Shown here: positions 9,036-19,184 of the stretch, piece by piece
Layout: the number at the start of each line of letters is the position of its first letter
Position numbering within the stretch: the first letter of the stretch is position 1
DNA from: an uncultured virus (IMG/VR IMGVR_UViG_3300025530_000008)
Taxonomy: Duplodnaviria > Heunggongvirae > Uroviricota > Caudoviricetes > Herelleviridae
Length of the DNA: 64,000 bases
Virus record (IMG/VR): IMGVR_UViG_3300025530_000008
Reading direction: 5' to 3' (one strand)
Translations under genes and position numbers: made by a program
The notes under the pieces: model-generated
What the model was told of the DNA's origin: nothing
Seen by the model: only the letters and a program-made list of their open reading frames with translations
The model's database searches: none

Positions 9036-12000
9036 ATGACCGTCGTAAACATTAGGCATTTCGGAAGTGAGTATGATGTTTACATCGGCCGCGGCAGCAA
9101 ATGGGGAAATCCGTTCTCCCACAAGAGCGGCACGCTGGCGAAGCACGTCGTCAAGACCCGGAAAGAGGCGATTGAACGCTACCGGGAATGGGTTTTGACG
9201 CAGCCAACCCTGCTGCAGGACATCCTCGACGGCGAACTAGATGGGAAACGCCTCGGATGCTTTTGTAAGCCGTATGACTGCCACGGTGATGTATTGCTGG
9301 AGCTTACCCGAAATAAGGAGCTGGTACGATTGAGTCTGGAAAAGCTGAAGCAAAAGATTGCCGAGCAGAAGGCTGGAAGGAAGTCGAGCCTGCTGACCGG
9401 CGAAGGAATCGAGCCGGCGCGGAAATTCACGCCTGTTAAGGTCGAGCGACCGGCAGCGCCACCACAGACGGCAGCACCACCACAGCCGGCTCAGACGGCC
9501 ACAGCGGTGCCTCCACGGCCTCAGATGCCGGCAAGGGTAGTACCGACGCCTCCGCGACCGCCCGCGCCTCAGATGACGCAGCAGGCGCCTCAGCAGCCCG
9601 TGAACACAGCGCCTGTACACGCAGCACCCGTAGCCCGTCCGCATGCACCTGCGGTTCCCCATCTTCCGAAGATGACGCAGGCTCAGCGAGAGGCTGCAGT
9701 CGGCGCGCCGGCCAACTTCGACATGGAAAACCCGCACGGGTACGTTGCATTCGGAAAGCACGATGTCGACAAGCTGAACTGGTTGAAGGAGCAGATTCTT
9801 CAGCACAAGATCATGGCCTTCGACTACGAGACGGACGGCGACCCGGATGACGAGACGACAGACCCGCAGGACCACGTGCTGGTCGGCGTGTCCTGCACAT
9901 TCCGAACCGGATTCGCAGTGTACCTGCCGATTGCGCACGACAACTACGGCGCCAACTGGGATAAGCAGTGGCTTGTCGATAATTTCCTGAAGCCGCTTTT
10001 GGAGCACCCGGACGTTTACATAATCGCGCACAACATCAAAGCGGAGTATCAGTGGAGCTTGCTTGTCGGCATCGACTTCTTCCACAAGGCGCAGCTTCGG
10101 AAGTGCATGGATACGATGCTGATGGTCAAGTCCGTCGCGCTGCCGGAGACGGTGCATCTGTTTGACGGATCGTGGGAAGTCGTTGTCGGTTTGAAACCTA
10201 CGGTAAAGACGATTCTGGCCGACGAGAACGGTATGGTTCATGGACTCATCCACGTCGACGATATCAAGAGCTTCAAGGAGACCGTCGGCCGCATCGAGTG
10301 GGAGGAACCGATCCCGGGTGAGTTTTATAAGTCCGGGGAGAAGAAGGGCCAACCAAAGACGAAGAAGATGAGCCGCAGCCGCACATTCAACGAGCTGCCG
10401 GTTGATAAGCATACCATCGACTATGCCGCATCGGACTCAGACTGGGCATTGGGCGTGTTCCAGTACTATCTGCCGATCTGCGAGGCCGCCGGTGTCATGG
10501 ACACGCTCTATGAGCTCGACGTAATGCGGATGATGGTTCTGGCCGAATACGAGCTGGCGGGCTGGCATATCAGCCGCGACAAGCTGCTTGCGCTCGGCGA
10601 CGTTGCGCAGAAGGCCTTGTACGGAGACCCGGACGCGGATACGGAAGAAGCGCAGCTAGGACTGGAGCGTTTGCTTCAGCTTGAACTGATGGCGCTTGTG
10701 CCGGACGCAAAACGGGTAACCGCCCCGGAAACCGGATGGGAAACGATTGAAGTACCGGCTGGCAAGTACCCGATGGGCAGGGGACGCGTCTCCGGCAGCC
10801 GCGACAAGCAGGACGTGTTTCTGGAGATCAAGTCTCCGAAGCCGTTTAACTGGGGAAGCACACAACACAAGCAGTGGCTGTTCTATCACATCTTGAAGTT
10901 CCCCACGGACGGCGTTGACCGATCGAAGTCGACCGGGCTTCCGACGACAGATGGTGAGACAATCGACCGCTTCATCAAGGAGTACGAGGGCGACAGCCGG
11001 TTCATGGAGCTTCTGAAGGAGCGCGCGAAGTACCACAAGATGTACTCGACTTACGTGGAAGGCCTGCTGCCGTTCTGCCGGGTGGATACCGACCGCATCC
11101 ACACGAACCTGAAGCTCGTGTCAACGTGGCGGCTGTCCTCCAGCAAACCGAACCTTCAGAACATCCCGAGGCCGGATAATGACCCGATGGGCATCCGAAG
11201 CGTCTTCGTGGCGCCGCATCTGCCGCCGACCGGCGAGCTGCACGTGCCGGAAAAGCGCATCCTGCTGCCGGACAAGACGCCGTCGACTTCGGAACCGATG
11301 ATCGTAACGCCGGATAAGCTCAATCCGTGGACGGCAAAAACATGGCACTTCATCATCGGCAACCGCCTCTCCGGTCATGTGTTCTATATCAGCGCCGATT
11401 ACAGCCAGATCGAGCTGAAAGTGCTGGCATGGTTCGCCAACGAGCGCACCATGATTGAAACGTTGGCAAACGGCGGCGACCTGCATAGTAAGGTTGCGAA
11501 GGACGTATTCAAGCTGGACTGCGAAGTCGAGCAGGTCAAAGAGCGGTACAAACCGTTCCGGTACCGGGCGAAGAAGGTCAACTTCGGTTTGGTCTACGGC
11601 ATGACGGAGTACGGTCTGTCCTCCGACCCGAAAATGGGTATGACGGTCGAACAGGCGAAGCAGTTCATCGAGGACTATATGCGCACGTATCCGGGCGTTC
11701 GGGAATACGCAAACGAGCAGATCGCCTTTGCTCGCAAGAACGGCTACGTCACGACGATGTTCGGCCACCGTCGGCCGGTGCCGCACATCAATGACCCGAA
11801 CAAGTGGGTGCGGCAGAAGGCGGAGAACATCTGCATGAACACGCCGATTCAGGGCAGCGCGGCTGACATCATGGCGCTTGCTATGGTCAACCTTCGGAAG
11901 GAACAAGATCGCTGCCCGGCGCTCTCCATGCACATGCAGATTCACGACGAGCTTCAGGGGCAGGCGCCGGTTGAACATGCGGTCGAAGCTGCGGTGTTCA

Positions 12001-12230
12001 TGAAAGAGGTCATGGAACGGCCGATTGACGGATTCTCGGATATCATGCCGATTACGGCAGATGCTGCGGTCGGCGCGACGTGGGATACAGCGCTGGACCT
12101 GCAATTCGAACCGGACGGAACGCCGTTCGTGAAACCGAAGAAGGAGAAGAAGGAAGCGACCGACGTAACCTACGACATGATCGCGCCCTACGAGCATTTG
12201 TATAAGCTTGCCGGAATCAAGATTGCGTGA
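9036..12230 (+). CDS. polA: family A DNA polymerase with 3'-5' exonuclease and N-terminal DUF4326-like domain
   Basis: Exo motifs FDYET, AHN, YAASD; polymerase motifs DYSQIEL, RAKKVNFGLVYG, IHDE; N-terminal YIGRGSKWGNPF...LGCFCKP..CHGDVL. Confidence 0.92.
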   Translation: MTVVNIRHFGSEYDVYIGRGSKWGNPFSHKSGTLAKHVVKTRKEAIERYREWVLTQPTLLQDILDGELDGKRLGCFCKPYDCHGDVLLELTRNKELVRLSLEKLKQKIAEQKAGRKSSLLTGEGIEPARKFTPVKVERPAAPPQTAAPPQPAQTATAVPPRPQMPARVVPTPPRPPAPQMTQQAPQQPVNTAPVHAAPVARPHAPAVPHLPKMTQAQREAAVGAPANFDMENPHGYVAFGKHDVDKLNWLKEQILQHKIMAFDYETDGDPDDETTDPQDHVLVGVSCTFRTGFAVYLPIAHDNYGANWDKQWLVDNFLKPLLEHPDVYIIAHNIKAEYQWSLLVGIDFFHKAQLRKCMDTMLMVKSVALPETVHLFDGSWEVVVGLKPTVKTILADENGMVHGLIHVDDIKSFKETVGRIEWEEPIPGEFYKSGEKKGQPKTKKMSRSRTFNELPVDKHTIDYAASDSDWALGVFQYYLPICEAAGVMDTLYELDVMRMMVLAEYELAGWHISRDKLLALGDVAQKALYGDPDADTEEAQLGLERLLQLELMALVPDAKRVTAPETGWETIEVPAGKYPMGRGRVSGSRDKQDVFLEIKSPKPFNWGSTQHKQWLFYHILKFPTDGVDRSKSTGLPTTDGETIDRFIKEYEGDSRFMELLKERAKYHKMYSTYVEGLLPFCRVDTDRIHTNLKLVSTWRLSSSKPNLQNIPRPDNDPMGIRSVFVAPHLPPTGELHVPEKRILLPDKTPSTSEPMIVTPDKLNPWTAKTWHFIIGNRLSGHVFYISADYSQIELKVLAWFANERTMIETLANGGDLHSKVAKDVFKLDCEVEQVKERYKPFRYRAKKVNFGLVYGMTEYGLSSDPKMGMTVEQAKQFIEDYMRTYPGVREYANEQIAFARKNGYVTTMFGHRRPVPHINDPNKWVRQKAENICMNTPIQGSAADIMALAMVNLRKEQDRCPALSMHMQIHDELQGQAPVEHAVEAAVFMKEVMERPIDGFSDIMPITADAAVGATWDTALDLQFEPDGTPFVKPKKEKKEATDVTYDMIAPYEHLYKLAGIKIA

Positions 12231-12329
12231 CGGCTCGGCTGGCGCGCAATAACTTACGATCTTCGGAAGATCGTAATAGCACAGGGCACCGTTTAGCGGT
12301 ATGCTGAAGGCAGGAAGGAGGACTACGAT

Positions 12330-12497
12330 ATGGACAATCAGATGATCGACGACAAGCCGTTGAGTCAGTGGATGGCTGAATGGGGCTACCGCTGGACGGG
12401 CCCTGAGCAGCTTATCAAAGGCCGGCTCAGCCGGTCAGACGCAGCGGCGCTGCTGGCACGGATGCGCGCGGAAGGGGCAGTGGTCTGTGAGCAATAA
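12330..12497 (+). CDS. small hypothetical protein (55 aa, not in the ORF track)
   Basis: AAGGAGG SD; MDNQMIDDKPLSQWMAEWGY...; translated manually. Confidence 0.6.
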   Translation: MDNQMIDDKPLSQWMAEWGYRWTGPEQLIKGRLSRSDAAALLARMRAEGAVVCEQ

Positions 12498-12762
12498 TAA
12501 ACAGGAACTGGATGCGTTTTTCCTGCCGATGATCGCGCACGCGGAGGCGTTTACGCAGTGGACGGATAAACTTCCGAAGTACCTTATAATTAACCCGGAC
12601 ATTCTGACGCGCCTGTCGCGCATCGAAGGGTTCTACCAACGGCCGGAGGTTGCGTCGATGGTGTCTGCACACGCGCCGATCGTGCGGTACTTCAAGCTTC
12701 CGATGTGTACGGTCATGATCCATGAATCACCGGAAGAAGACTTTTACCACTTCGAGAGCTAG
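12487..12762 (+). CDS. hypothetical protein
   Basis: ORF coupled within the operon. Confidence 0.55.
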   Translation: MSNNKQELDAFFLPMIAHAEAFTQWTDKLPKYLIINPDILTRLSRIEGFYQRPEVASMVSAHAPIVRYFKLPMCTVMIHESPEEDFYHFES

Positions 12763-12773
12763 GGGTGGTCGGC

Positions 12774-13124
12774 ATGTATTTCTATTCCGACTCGACCGGC
12801 AGCGCTGCGACCGCCCGGATCGCCCTCTATCAGGAGGGCGACTGGGTGGAGGGCGTTACGCTTTCGCGGCATACGGTCATGGGGTATGTTGAGGAAATCG
12901 ACCGCGTCAAGCGGCAGCTTCTGATCCGGGTTATCCGAAGCTGCTGCGGCGAGGTCGATGAGCTAGAATGGGCACATGTCAACGAAATCCGCCCGCTTCT
13001 GAACATCAATCCGAATTCGGATGAAGCCTACTTGCGCAGCATGATTGATCTGGCGCTGGAGACCTTCGACGAGGAATGGTTCAACCAGCTTACCGCAAGG
13101 CTTCTCCGCATTCGGAAGGGGTGA
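12774..13124 (+). CDS. IDEAL-domain protein
   Basis: C-terminal MIDLALETFDEEWFNQLT. Confidence 0.75.
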   Translation: MYFYSDSTGSAATARIALYQEGDWVEGVTLSRHTVMGYVEEIDRVKRQLLIRVIRSCCGEVDELEWAHVNEIRPLLNINPNSDEAYLRSMIDLALETFDEEWFNQLTARLLRIRKG

Positions 13125-13128
13125 GTGT

Positions 13129-13668
13129 ATGCTGACGATTCTCGGTATTGATCCCGGGACCGCGAACACCGGGTACGCGATTATTCAGGGCGACACCCAT
13201 ACCGGAAAAGCGTCGCTCGGATCGTTCGGCGTCTGGCAGACAACGAAGGCCAGCGGGCTTACGGTGCGCGACCGCATTGACTCGCTGGCGGACCAGTACG
13301 CCGACCTGATAAGGATTTCCGGCGTTCAGATGGTGTCTGTGGAGGACTTCACAGAGCAGGGCCGGCGCGTCGGCAAGACCTACAAGGACATGGCGTGGCT
13401 GGTAGAAAACCTGCGAATCACTGGACGAACGCTGGGCGTACCCGTTTACATATACAAAAACGCGGAGTGGAAGCGGATCATCATGCATGCCGGACAGGCG
13501 ACGAAACGGCAGGTTCAGCATTTCGTATCGCACAACATTGCCGGCGCGGAACGTCTGAGAGGTTTCCCGGACCATGTATGGGATGCCGCGGCCATTGGAT
13601 ACTGCCTGTTTTGGCAGCGACATTTGGAGATAAAGCTGCTGTCCTCAGCACGAGCTCAGAAGCCCTAG
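13129..13668 (+). CDS. ruvC: Holliday junction resolvase RuvC-like
   Basis: ILGIDPGTANTGYA, VSVE, ATKRQVQ, DHVWDAAAIG. Confidence 0.9.
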   Translation: MLTILGIDPGTANTGYAIIQGDTHTGKASLGSFGVWQTTKASGLTVRDRIDSLADQYADLIRISGVQMVSVEDFTEQGRRVGKTYKDMAWLVENLRITGRTLGVPVYIYKNAEWKRIIMHAGQATKRQVQHFVSHNIAGAERLRGFPDHVWDAAAIGYCLFWQRHLEIKLLSSARAQKP

Positions 13669-13695
13669 AATTCTGGTATAGTGCCTGTGTATGCT
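13666..13695 (+). promoter_or_regulatory. TAGAAT-class phage promoter (18-bp spacer)
   Basis: TAGAAT...GCCTGTG-TATGCT, same motif as at 21670, 22077, 23529 and 26712. Confidence 0.6.
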
Positions 13696-13725
13696 ATGGG
13701 TATCAAAGATAAGGAGGAAACAGCC

Positions 13726-14367
13726 ATGTGGGGTATCAAACACTATGCACCTACTCTACCGGAAATCGTATTTGAGCGCGTCCGCAAGGACGCCGTTCTT
13801 CCGAAGTACGCTGATGAGCACGCATCGGGCATGGATGTGTACGCTGCGGAGTCGGTTATCCTGCTTCCGCAGGAGCAGGCCATTATTCCGATCGGCGTAA
13901 AAATGCATCTTCCGAAGCATCCATATCATGATCTCGGCTACCGGTGGGGTGTAACGGTCCGCCCGCGGTCGGGCCTGTCGAGCCGCACGTCGCTGGTGGT
14001 TGCACTAGGCACAGTGGACAACAACTACCGGCATGAGGTCGGCGTAATCGTTAAAAACGATGCGCAGATCGATTACGCCGTCATCCACGACACAGACGAC
14101 AACGGCGTTCCGTACAACATCGAACTGTACGACGTGCCTGAGCGCGTGTTCGATCTGGAAGGAAAAGCCGTCCCGCTGGAGGAAGTCGCTCAGATAGCGA
14201 ATCCCTTACAGGCATTGGTAAAGGGATCACTGCTCATTCGAAAGGGAGACCGGATCGCGCAGCTCGTTGTGGAGCAGGTTGTCCGCCCGCTGGCGATTCG
14301 TGAGGGGAAAGTCTCGGACGAGGGTGCCCGCGGCGGCGGATTCGGACATACGGGGGTGCGAGGGTAA
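13726..14367 (+). CDS. dut: trimeric dUTPase with large insertion
   Basis: ASGMDV, RPRSGLS, GTVDNNYR, GDRIAQL, RGGGFGHTG. Confidence 0.92.
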   Translation: MWGIKHYAPTLPEIVFERVRKDAVLPKYADEHASGMDVYAAESVILLPQEQAIIPIGVKMHLPKHPYHDLGYRWGVTVRPRSGLSSRTSLVVALGTVDNNYRHEVGVIVKNDAQIDYAVIHDTDDNGVPYNIELYDVPERVFDLEGKAVPLEEVAQIANPLQALVKGSLLIRKGDRIAQLVVEQVVRPLAIREGKVSDEGARGGGFGHTGVRG

Positions 14368-14810
14368 TGACGACAGAAACAGCTACCAGCCAGCAGCTTT
14401 ATTTCATCCGCATGCAGGCATCTTCCGAAGGTGACGTGCGGATCGTAAAGGAGCTTACGGCGTACACCGTCGAGAAAGTGACGGACAAAAGCTATGTCAT
14501 CCGGCGCGTCGTGCCAGACCCGCTGATGAACATCGGAAAGCGGCCGCGTAGCCTCGACCGGCGCCTTGTCGGCGAGAACTTCCCGGTTATCCGCCATAGG
14601 ATCACGGTCGATCCTGATACGCTGCGTCTTACGATATCCGCGGAGACGTGGACGTTTGGCAACATCGACGAGCATGTGCAGGAGCTTGAGCACCATATCG
14701 CTTCCGTTCTGCGCCGGATGACGGCTGAGGCGGAGACGGTCATCGACGAGGTCGAATACCGGCAGGACGCGCAAACCAGAAGTGACCGCGTATTCAAGTT
14801 GACCAGCTAA
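14367..14810 (+). CDS. hypothetical protein
   Basis: Start overlaps the dut stop; followed by a hairpin and T-tract. Confidence 0.6.
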   Translation: MTTETATSQQLYFIRMQASSEGDVRIVKELTAYTVEKVTDKSYVIRRVVPDPLMNIGKRPRSLDRRLVGENFPVIRHRITVDPDTLRLTISAETWTFGNIDEHVQELEHHIASVLRRMTAEAETVIDEVEYRQDAQTRSDRVFKLTS

Positions 14811-14831
14811 ACGATACGGGCGCGAAAGCGC

Positions 14832-14898
14832 CTGTTTTGTTTAAAGTTGTCTAAAGTTGTCCAAAGTTGTTGACATTGCGGCAGCACTGTCCTAAACT
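14832..14898 (+). promoter_or_regulatory. SigA promoter preceded by three 10-bp AAAGTTGT repeats
   Basis: TTAAAGTTGT CTAAAGTTGT CCAAAGTTGT running into TTGACA(14870)-N17-TAAACT. Confidence 0.8.
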
Positions 14899-14935
14899 GG
14901 TAATGTACTAAAAACCTATGAAGGAGCTGAAAACC

Positions 14936-16534
14936 GTGTTAGTTGCGGCCATGAACGCGTATCAGGTCGCCAAGCGCAGGCATAAGGAGAACGTCAAGAA
15001 CCAGCACACCGCGGCGAAGGGCGCGAACGGCGAGAAGACGTACTTCCGGGCTTCCGAGCTGGGCAACGGCGACCGCAAGATCGTTTACTCTTTCTTCGCA
15101 CACCAACTTCCGAAGGTGGAAAAGAGCGCGAAGAATTTGCGGCAGCTCGAAAATGGCGACTACGTACACGAGCGGTATCAAAAGGCATGGGAGGAAATGG
15201 GCGTCCTGCTGTCTAAAGAGCAGCGTGTGTCGTCCCGGGATGATGAATGGCTGTCGCAGTTTCCGTGGGAGTGGGCAGGACACTACGACGGCGAGCTCGA
15301 CCTGAACATCCTCCGCGCGTTTGCGCTGGGCAAGGCGCATGTGGATTCGGTCTTTAACGAGGAAGCAAACGAATGGGAAATCGTCGTGGACATCGACGAT
15401 GATTACGCAGCCGAGATCGGCCTGTTCCTGCAGGATCAGCCCGGCGTACTCAATCCCGACTATCAGCCGTTGCGTATGGTCGCAGACATCAAGACGATTA
15501 ACCCGTGGGGCTTCAAAGCGATCAAAGAGAACCGGGATGTAAGCGGCGTGACTGGATACATCGACCAGATCATGGGCTACATGTGGATGCTGAAGACGCC
15601 GTATGGGTCCATCTTCTTCGAGTCGAAGGACAACAACGATGTTGTCGAGGTTCAGATTCTGTGGGAAGACTTCTACGAAGGCGTGACGCTCGACTTCACG
15701 GAAGATGTTCACGGGCCGCAGGGGCCGGATGTTGTGCGTATCCGCGTCAACTGGGCGCGCATGCTGGGCGACGATACGCAAGAAGGCATTGTGCCGCGGC
15801 TTTCTCGCCTGCACGAGATCACGGAAGCACTGAAGCAGGCGGACGCTGCCGGCGACATGGAGGCGATTGCACAACTGATGCCGCCGCGGTGCGCAGACGA
15901 TCCGAAGAAATTTCCGTGCTCGTGGGGCCACAAGTCCGGTGAGGTTCAATATTGCGAATACTATGATCACTGCTGGAACGCGGAGCATAACGGTCTGGCC
16001 GTGCGGGAGAAGCCGGCGGTTGAGCCGATCCCGCCGGAAGCAATCTGGACCTTCACGGACGGCGATACCGGCGCCGAAATCCTTATCGACAGCCGGAAAG
16101 TTCCGCAGGGATTGACCTACGACACGTTCCTGCAACTGGTGCAGATGGGCGCGCTGAATTACGAGCAGTTCGTGATTGATCCGCAAGTTGCTGAGCAGGC
16201 CGTCGCAGCGGCATCTTCCGAAGCTGTTCAGCAGATGACGCCTTCGCAACAGATGACGGCCGCGACGCTGTCGCAGCAAATGCAGGAGGCGGCCGAGCGG
16301 GCCATGAAAGGCGCAAAAGACCTATTCATGCATGATGGGACGCTGAAGGTCGAAGGTTTTGGCGGCGTCGGCCAGCCGCCGGCGGAAGCTCAGGAGTACA
16401 TCGACGACGCAAGCGGAGACAAGGCCATCAATTGCACGAACTGCGGCGCGAAGAACACGTACAAGCGGCTGGGCAACGGCAACACGAAAAAGTGCAGCAC
16501 GTGCGGCCATATCAACCGCGTAACGCGACTGTAA
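14936..16534 (+). CDS. Cas4-like PD-(D/E)XK exonuclease with C-terminal Zn ribbon
   Basis: FRASELG, GHYDG, ADIKT, QIMGYM, C...CEYYDHC; terminal CTNC/CSTC; AAGGAG SD before GTG 14936. Confidence 0.75.
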   Translation: MLVAAMNAYQVAKRRHKENVKNQHTAAKGANGEKTYFRASELGNGDRKIVYSFFAHQLPKVEKSAKNLRQLENGDYVHERYQKAWEEMGVLLSKEQRVSSRDDEWLSQFPWEWAGHYDGELDLNILRAFALGKAHVDSVFNEEANEWEIVVDIDDDYAAEIGLFLQDQPGVLNPDYQPLRMVADIKTINPWGFKAIKENRDVSGVTGYIDQIMGYMWMLKTPYGSIFFESKDNNDVVEVQILWEDFYEGVTLDFTEDVHGPQGPDVVRIRVNWARMLGDDTQEGIVPRLSRLHEITEALKQADAAGDMEAIAQLMPPRCADDPKKFPCSWGHKSGEVQYCEYYDHCWNAEHNGLAVREKPAVEPIPPEAIWTFTDGDTGAEILIDSRKVPQGLTYDTFLQLVQMGALNYEQFVIDPQVAEQAVAAASSEAVQQMTPSQQMTAATLSQQMQEAAERAMKGAKDLFMHDGTLKVEGFGGVGQPPAEAQEYIDDASGDKAINCTNCGAKNTYKRLGNGNTKKCSTCGHINRVTRL

Positions 16535-16595
16535 GATGTATGGGAGGACTTCCGAAGTGAAGTCCTCTCTTATTCCACACAGGGAGGAATTACGG

Positions 16596-16880
16596 ATGAA
16601 GCAGGTAACGGGAATCCGCGTGACCGCGTACACGAACGCAAATGAGCTGCTGAGTGCTCGAGATGGAAAGGGCAGCGTCCTGATTGCTTACACAAGCCGG
16701 TCTCTCGACAATCCGATTGAAATCAGCGCGGTTTTGGAGGCTTGCGACTTTGTCGGCGGCGAAATCCGAATCAACATTGCGAAAGCCAATATGGAGCTCG
16801 CAGAAGCGGCGCAGATGATGGGCGAGCAGTTCGGGAAAGCCATCGAGGCTAGCATTGGCAGCATCATGGCGAAAAGCTGA
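16596..16880 (+). CDS. hypothetical protein
   Basis: GGAGG SD. Confidence 0.6.
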   Translation: MKQVTGIRVTAYTNANELLSARDGKGSVLIAYTSRSLDNPIEISAVLEACDFVGGEIRINIAKANMELAEAAQMMGEQFGKAIEASIGSIMAKS

Positions 16881-16896
16881 GTCGGAGGTCTGATCC

Positions 16897-18213
16897 ATGC
16901 GTGAACTGATGGAGCGCTATGGCTGGGACGAACCGTTCCTGCCGATGAACGTAAAAAATTCCGGCGAGAAGCTGGAGAAGCTGTTCAAGGACGACAACTA
17001 TGTGGCGGAGCTGAAGCGCGACGGCAGCCGGTACGTATGTATTGATGGGCGGTTCTTCAGCCGGAAGCTGTCGGAGAACAAGAAGCAGCCGGAGACCTAC
17101 GGCATGCCTGTCGAGAAGACCGACAACATCCCGCATCTGGCGGAGTTCTTTTCCCAGTTCGGTCCCGGCGGGATCATCGTGGATGGAGAGATTTACTACC
17201 CGGGCAGAAAGAGCAACACCGTAACCGGCATCATGGGCTGCGATCCATGGAAGGCCTGCATGCGGCAGGGATTCGGGGAGTTCTTGGATAATAATGATCC
17301 AGTGGACTGGAGCGTCATGTGGGCGCAGTACGATTCCAACGGCGGCGTAGCCTTCGCGTTTGACGCCCTCATGCAGTCCGAAAAGCTTCGCTGGCGGCCG
17401 GGCGATACGGAAGATTGGCGGCTTGTATCCAAACTCGACAAAGACTTCTGGGATTACATCCATCTCGGACCGATCCGCTATATGATCTTCGACATCCTGC
17501 ACTTGAATGGTACGTCGTATCTGGAGGCGACATGGGAAGAACGCCGGGATGTGTTGGATAATTGGTTCGAAAAGTATGTGCAGGGCACGGAATGGGAGAA
17601 GTACATCACGATCTCGGTGCCCTATGAGACGGAAAACGGGAAGCGTGCGCTGATGAAGTGGGCGGAGGCTAACCGGGAAGAAGGTCTCGTGTTTAAGAAC
17701 CGCACATCCCTGTACGTTCCCGGAAAGCGGCCGGAACACCACTGGTATCGGATCAAGGGGAAGATATACGCTGATGTCGTAGTGATGGGTGTCGAGCCGC
17801 CGGAGGCCGAGCACAAGGGCAAACCGTCCGAGCTAGGGAAATGGCCGTATTGGGAAAGCGTTGACGGTAAATTCGAACTTAATCCGGCAGAGCATGGCGG
17901 CGTAAATGAGCTGGTCGGCGCCGGATACCGGCCTATCAGCAGGTACCACTATTACGGCTGGATCGGTTCGGTGGTGTTTGGGCTGTATAAAGACGGCGAG
18001 CTCGTAAAAGCCGGCACGTGCTCAGGCATGGACGACGAGACACGGGCGCTGTTTACGGAGCGCTGGCAGGAGTTCGTCGAAAATCAAACGGTTATCGAGA
18101 TCAGTGCCATGGAGCGAACGCATAAGGGCATGTTCCGCCACCCGCAGTTCGAGCGGTTCCGGGACGACAAGAGCGCTGCGGACTGTCTGTGGGAGGTTGA
18201 AATGGGTGAATAA
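16897..18213 (+). CDS. lig: ATP-dependent DNA ligase
   Basis: ELKRDG, VDGEI, IFDIL, EGLVFK, WYRIK, FRHPQFERFRDDK. Confidence 0.92.
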   Translation: MRELMERYGWDEPFLPMNVKNSGEKLEKLFKDDNYVAELKRDGSRYVCIDGRFFSRKLSENKKQPETYGMPVEKTDNIPHLAEFFSQFGPGGIIVDGEIYYPGRKSNTVTGIMGCDPWKACMRQGFGEFLDNNDPVDWSVMWAQYDSNGGVAFAFDALMQSEKLRWRPGDTEDWRLVSKLDKDFWDYIHLGPIRYMIFDILHLNGTSYLEATWEERRDVLDNWFEKYVQGTEWEKYITISVPYETENGKRALMKWAEANREEGLVFKNRTSLYVPGKRPEHHWYRIKGKIYADVVVMGVEPPEAEHKGKPSELGKWPYWESVDGKFELNPAEHGGVNELVGAGYRPISRYHYYGWIGSVVFGLYKDGELVKAGTCSGMDDETRALFTERWQEFVENQTVIEISAMERTHKGMFRHPQFERFRDDKSAADCLWEVEMGE

Positions 18214-18511
18214 CCACGGCAGACGTGCGCCGGAGTGCTCGGGCAAGACGGTCATCGGCGTCAGCGCATTCAGCAATATTGCACACCAGCCGGGGTATGA
18301 GGCGTTTAAGGCTCTCGGCCAGCTTAACGATTACGTGTATCAGGCGCTGGTCCATACAAGCAACGCGAAGTGGCAGCTATCATGGGCAAGCAAGGTGCTG
18401 GATGGTACGAGGCGTGTTCCTGACGACGTGAAGGAACGCCTGCTGAAGATTACTTCCGAGCTCACCGAGCTTCAGGTAGAGCTTCGGAAGTACAAGAAGT
18501 ACGGGAGGTAA
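18206..18511 (+). CDS. hypothetical protein
   Basis: GGAGG SD, GTG start. Confidence 0.55.
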   Translation: MNNHGRRAPECSGKTVIGVSAFSNIAHQPGYEAFKALGQLNDYVYQALVHTSNAKWQLSWASKVLDGTRRVPDDVKERLLKITSELTELQVELRKYKKYGR

Positions 18512-18516
18512 GCGCG

Positions 18517-18861
18517 GTGGGCAAGGTGGTGGACTTCTTCAGTCGGAAGGTCGTGGGCGAGTCCGTTCGCGCTGATATGGAGGGTGCGGACGATCTGGCG
18601 GCGCTTATTCAGGCGAAGGGCCGGTACGTCGGCGTGCTGCCGGAGAACGAGGCGGCTGTCATGCGCCGAGTGCTCCATAACATGCGCAGCAAGCGGAAGC
18701 AGATCGAAGTGCTGATTGACGAATACCAGCGCATGCTCGAGCACTACTTCCACATGCAGATTCGGGCCGGCGAAATCCTCGGCGTGAAAGACGAGCCCTT
18801 CGAGAAAAATGAATTGGTGGTCGATAAAAACGGCCATTGCTGGATTGTTCCGATCGAATAA
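18517..18861 (+). CDS. hypothetical protein
   Basis: GGAGG SD. Confidence 0.6.
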   Translation: MGKVVDFFSRKVVGESVRADMEGADDLAALIQAKGRYVGVLPENEAAVMRRVLHNMRSKRKQIEVLIDEYQRMLEHYFHMQIRAGEILGVKDEPFEKNELVVDKNGHCWIVPIE

Positions 18862-18896
18862 TATCACTAGCGACTTCTGGGAGGTAGTAATTTCAG

Positions 18897-19184
18897 ATGA
18901 AAAACGTTCAGAATGCGTGCGAAAAGCACGGAAATGAGGCCCGTGGAGGCTGCCCGTACTGCGCGACCGACCGGCTAAAGGAGGATATCACGAAGCTTAC
19001 GGTGGCGTTCGAGAGCGCGTATCTGACGCTCCGCAGTCGGCTGCCGCAGGCGGATGAGATTGACAAGGTCTTCAGTCTGTGTCTGCCGGAGCTGAGCACA
19101 GGAAAGCTTTCGCTGCCGCAGCCGCTGCCTTCCGAAGACTCGGCTTATGGGATGGACTGCCGGAACGGGCGGTGTGAGTTCTGA
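18897..19184 (+). CDS. Cys-containing hypothetical protein
   Basis: GGAGG SD; CEKH..CPYC and C-terminal CRNGRC. Confidence 0.6.
   Translation: MKNVQNACEKHGNEARGGCPYCATDRLKEDITKLTVAFESAYLTLRSRLPQADEIDKVFSLCLPELSTGKLSLPQPLPSEDSAYGMDCRNGRCEF

Noticed and set aside
5341..12230. Inteins or introns in the primase-helicase or polymerase
   Set aside because: No intein splice-junction motifs, LAGLIDADG blocks or frame interruptions seen
14936..16534. Cas4-like gene as evidence of a CRISPR-Cas system
   Set aside because: No array or other cas genes; stand-alone Cas4-like nucleases are common in phage replication modules
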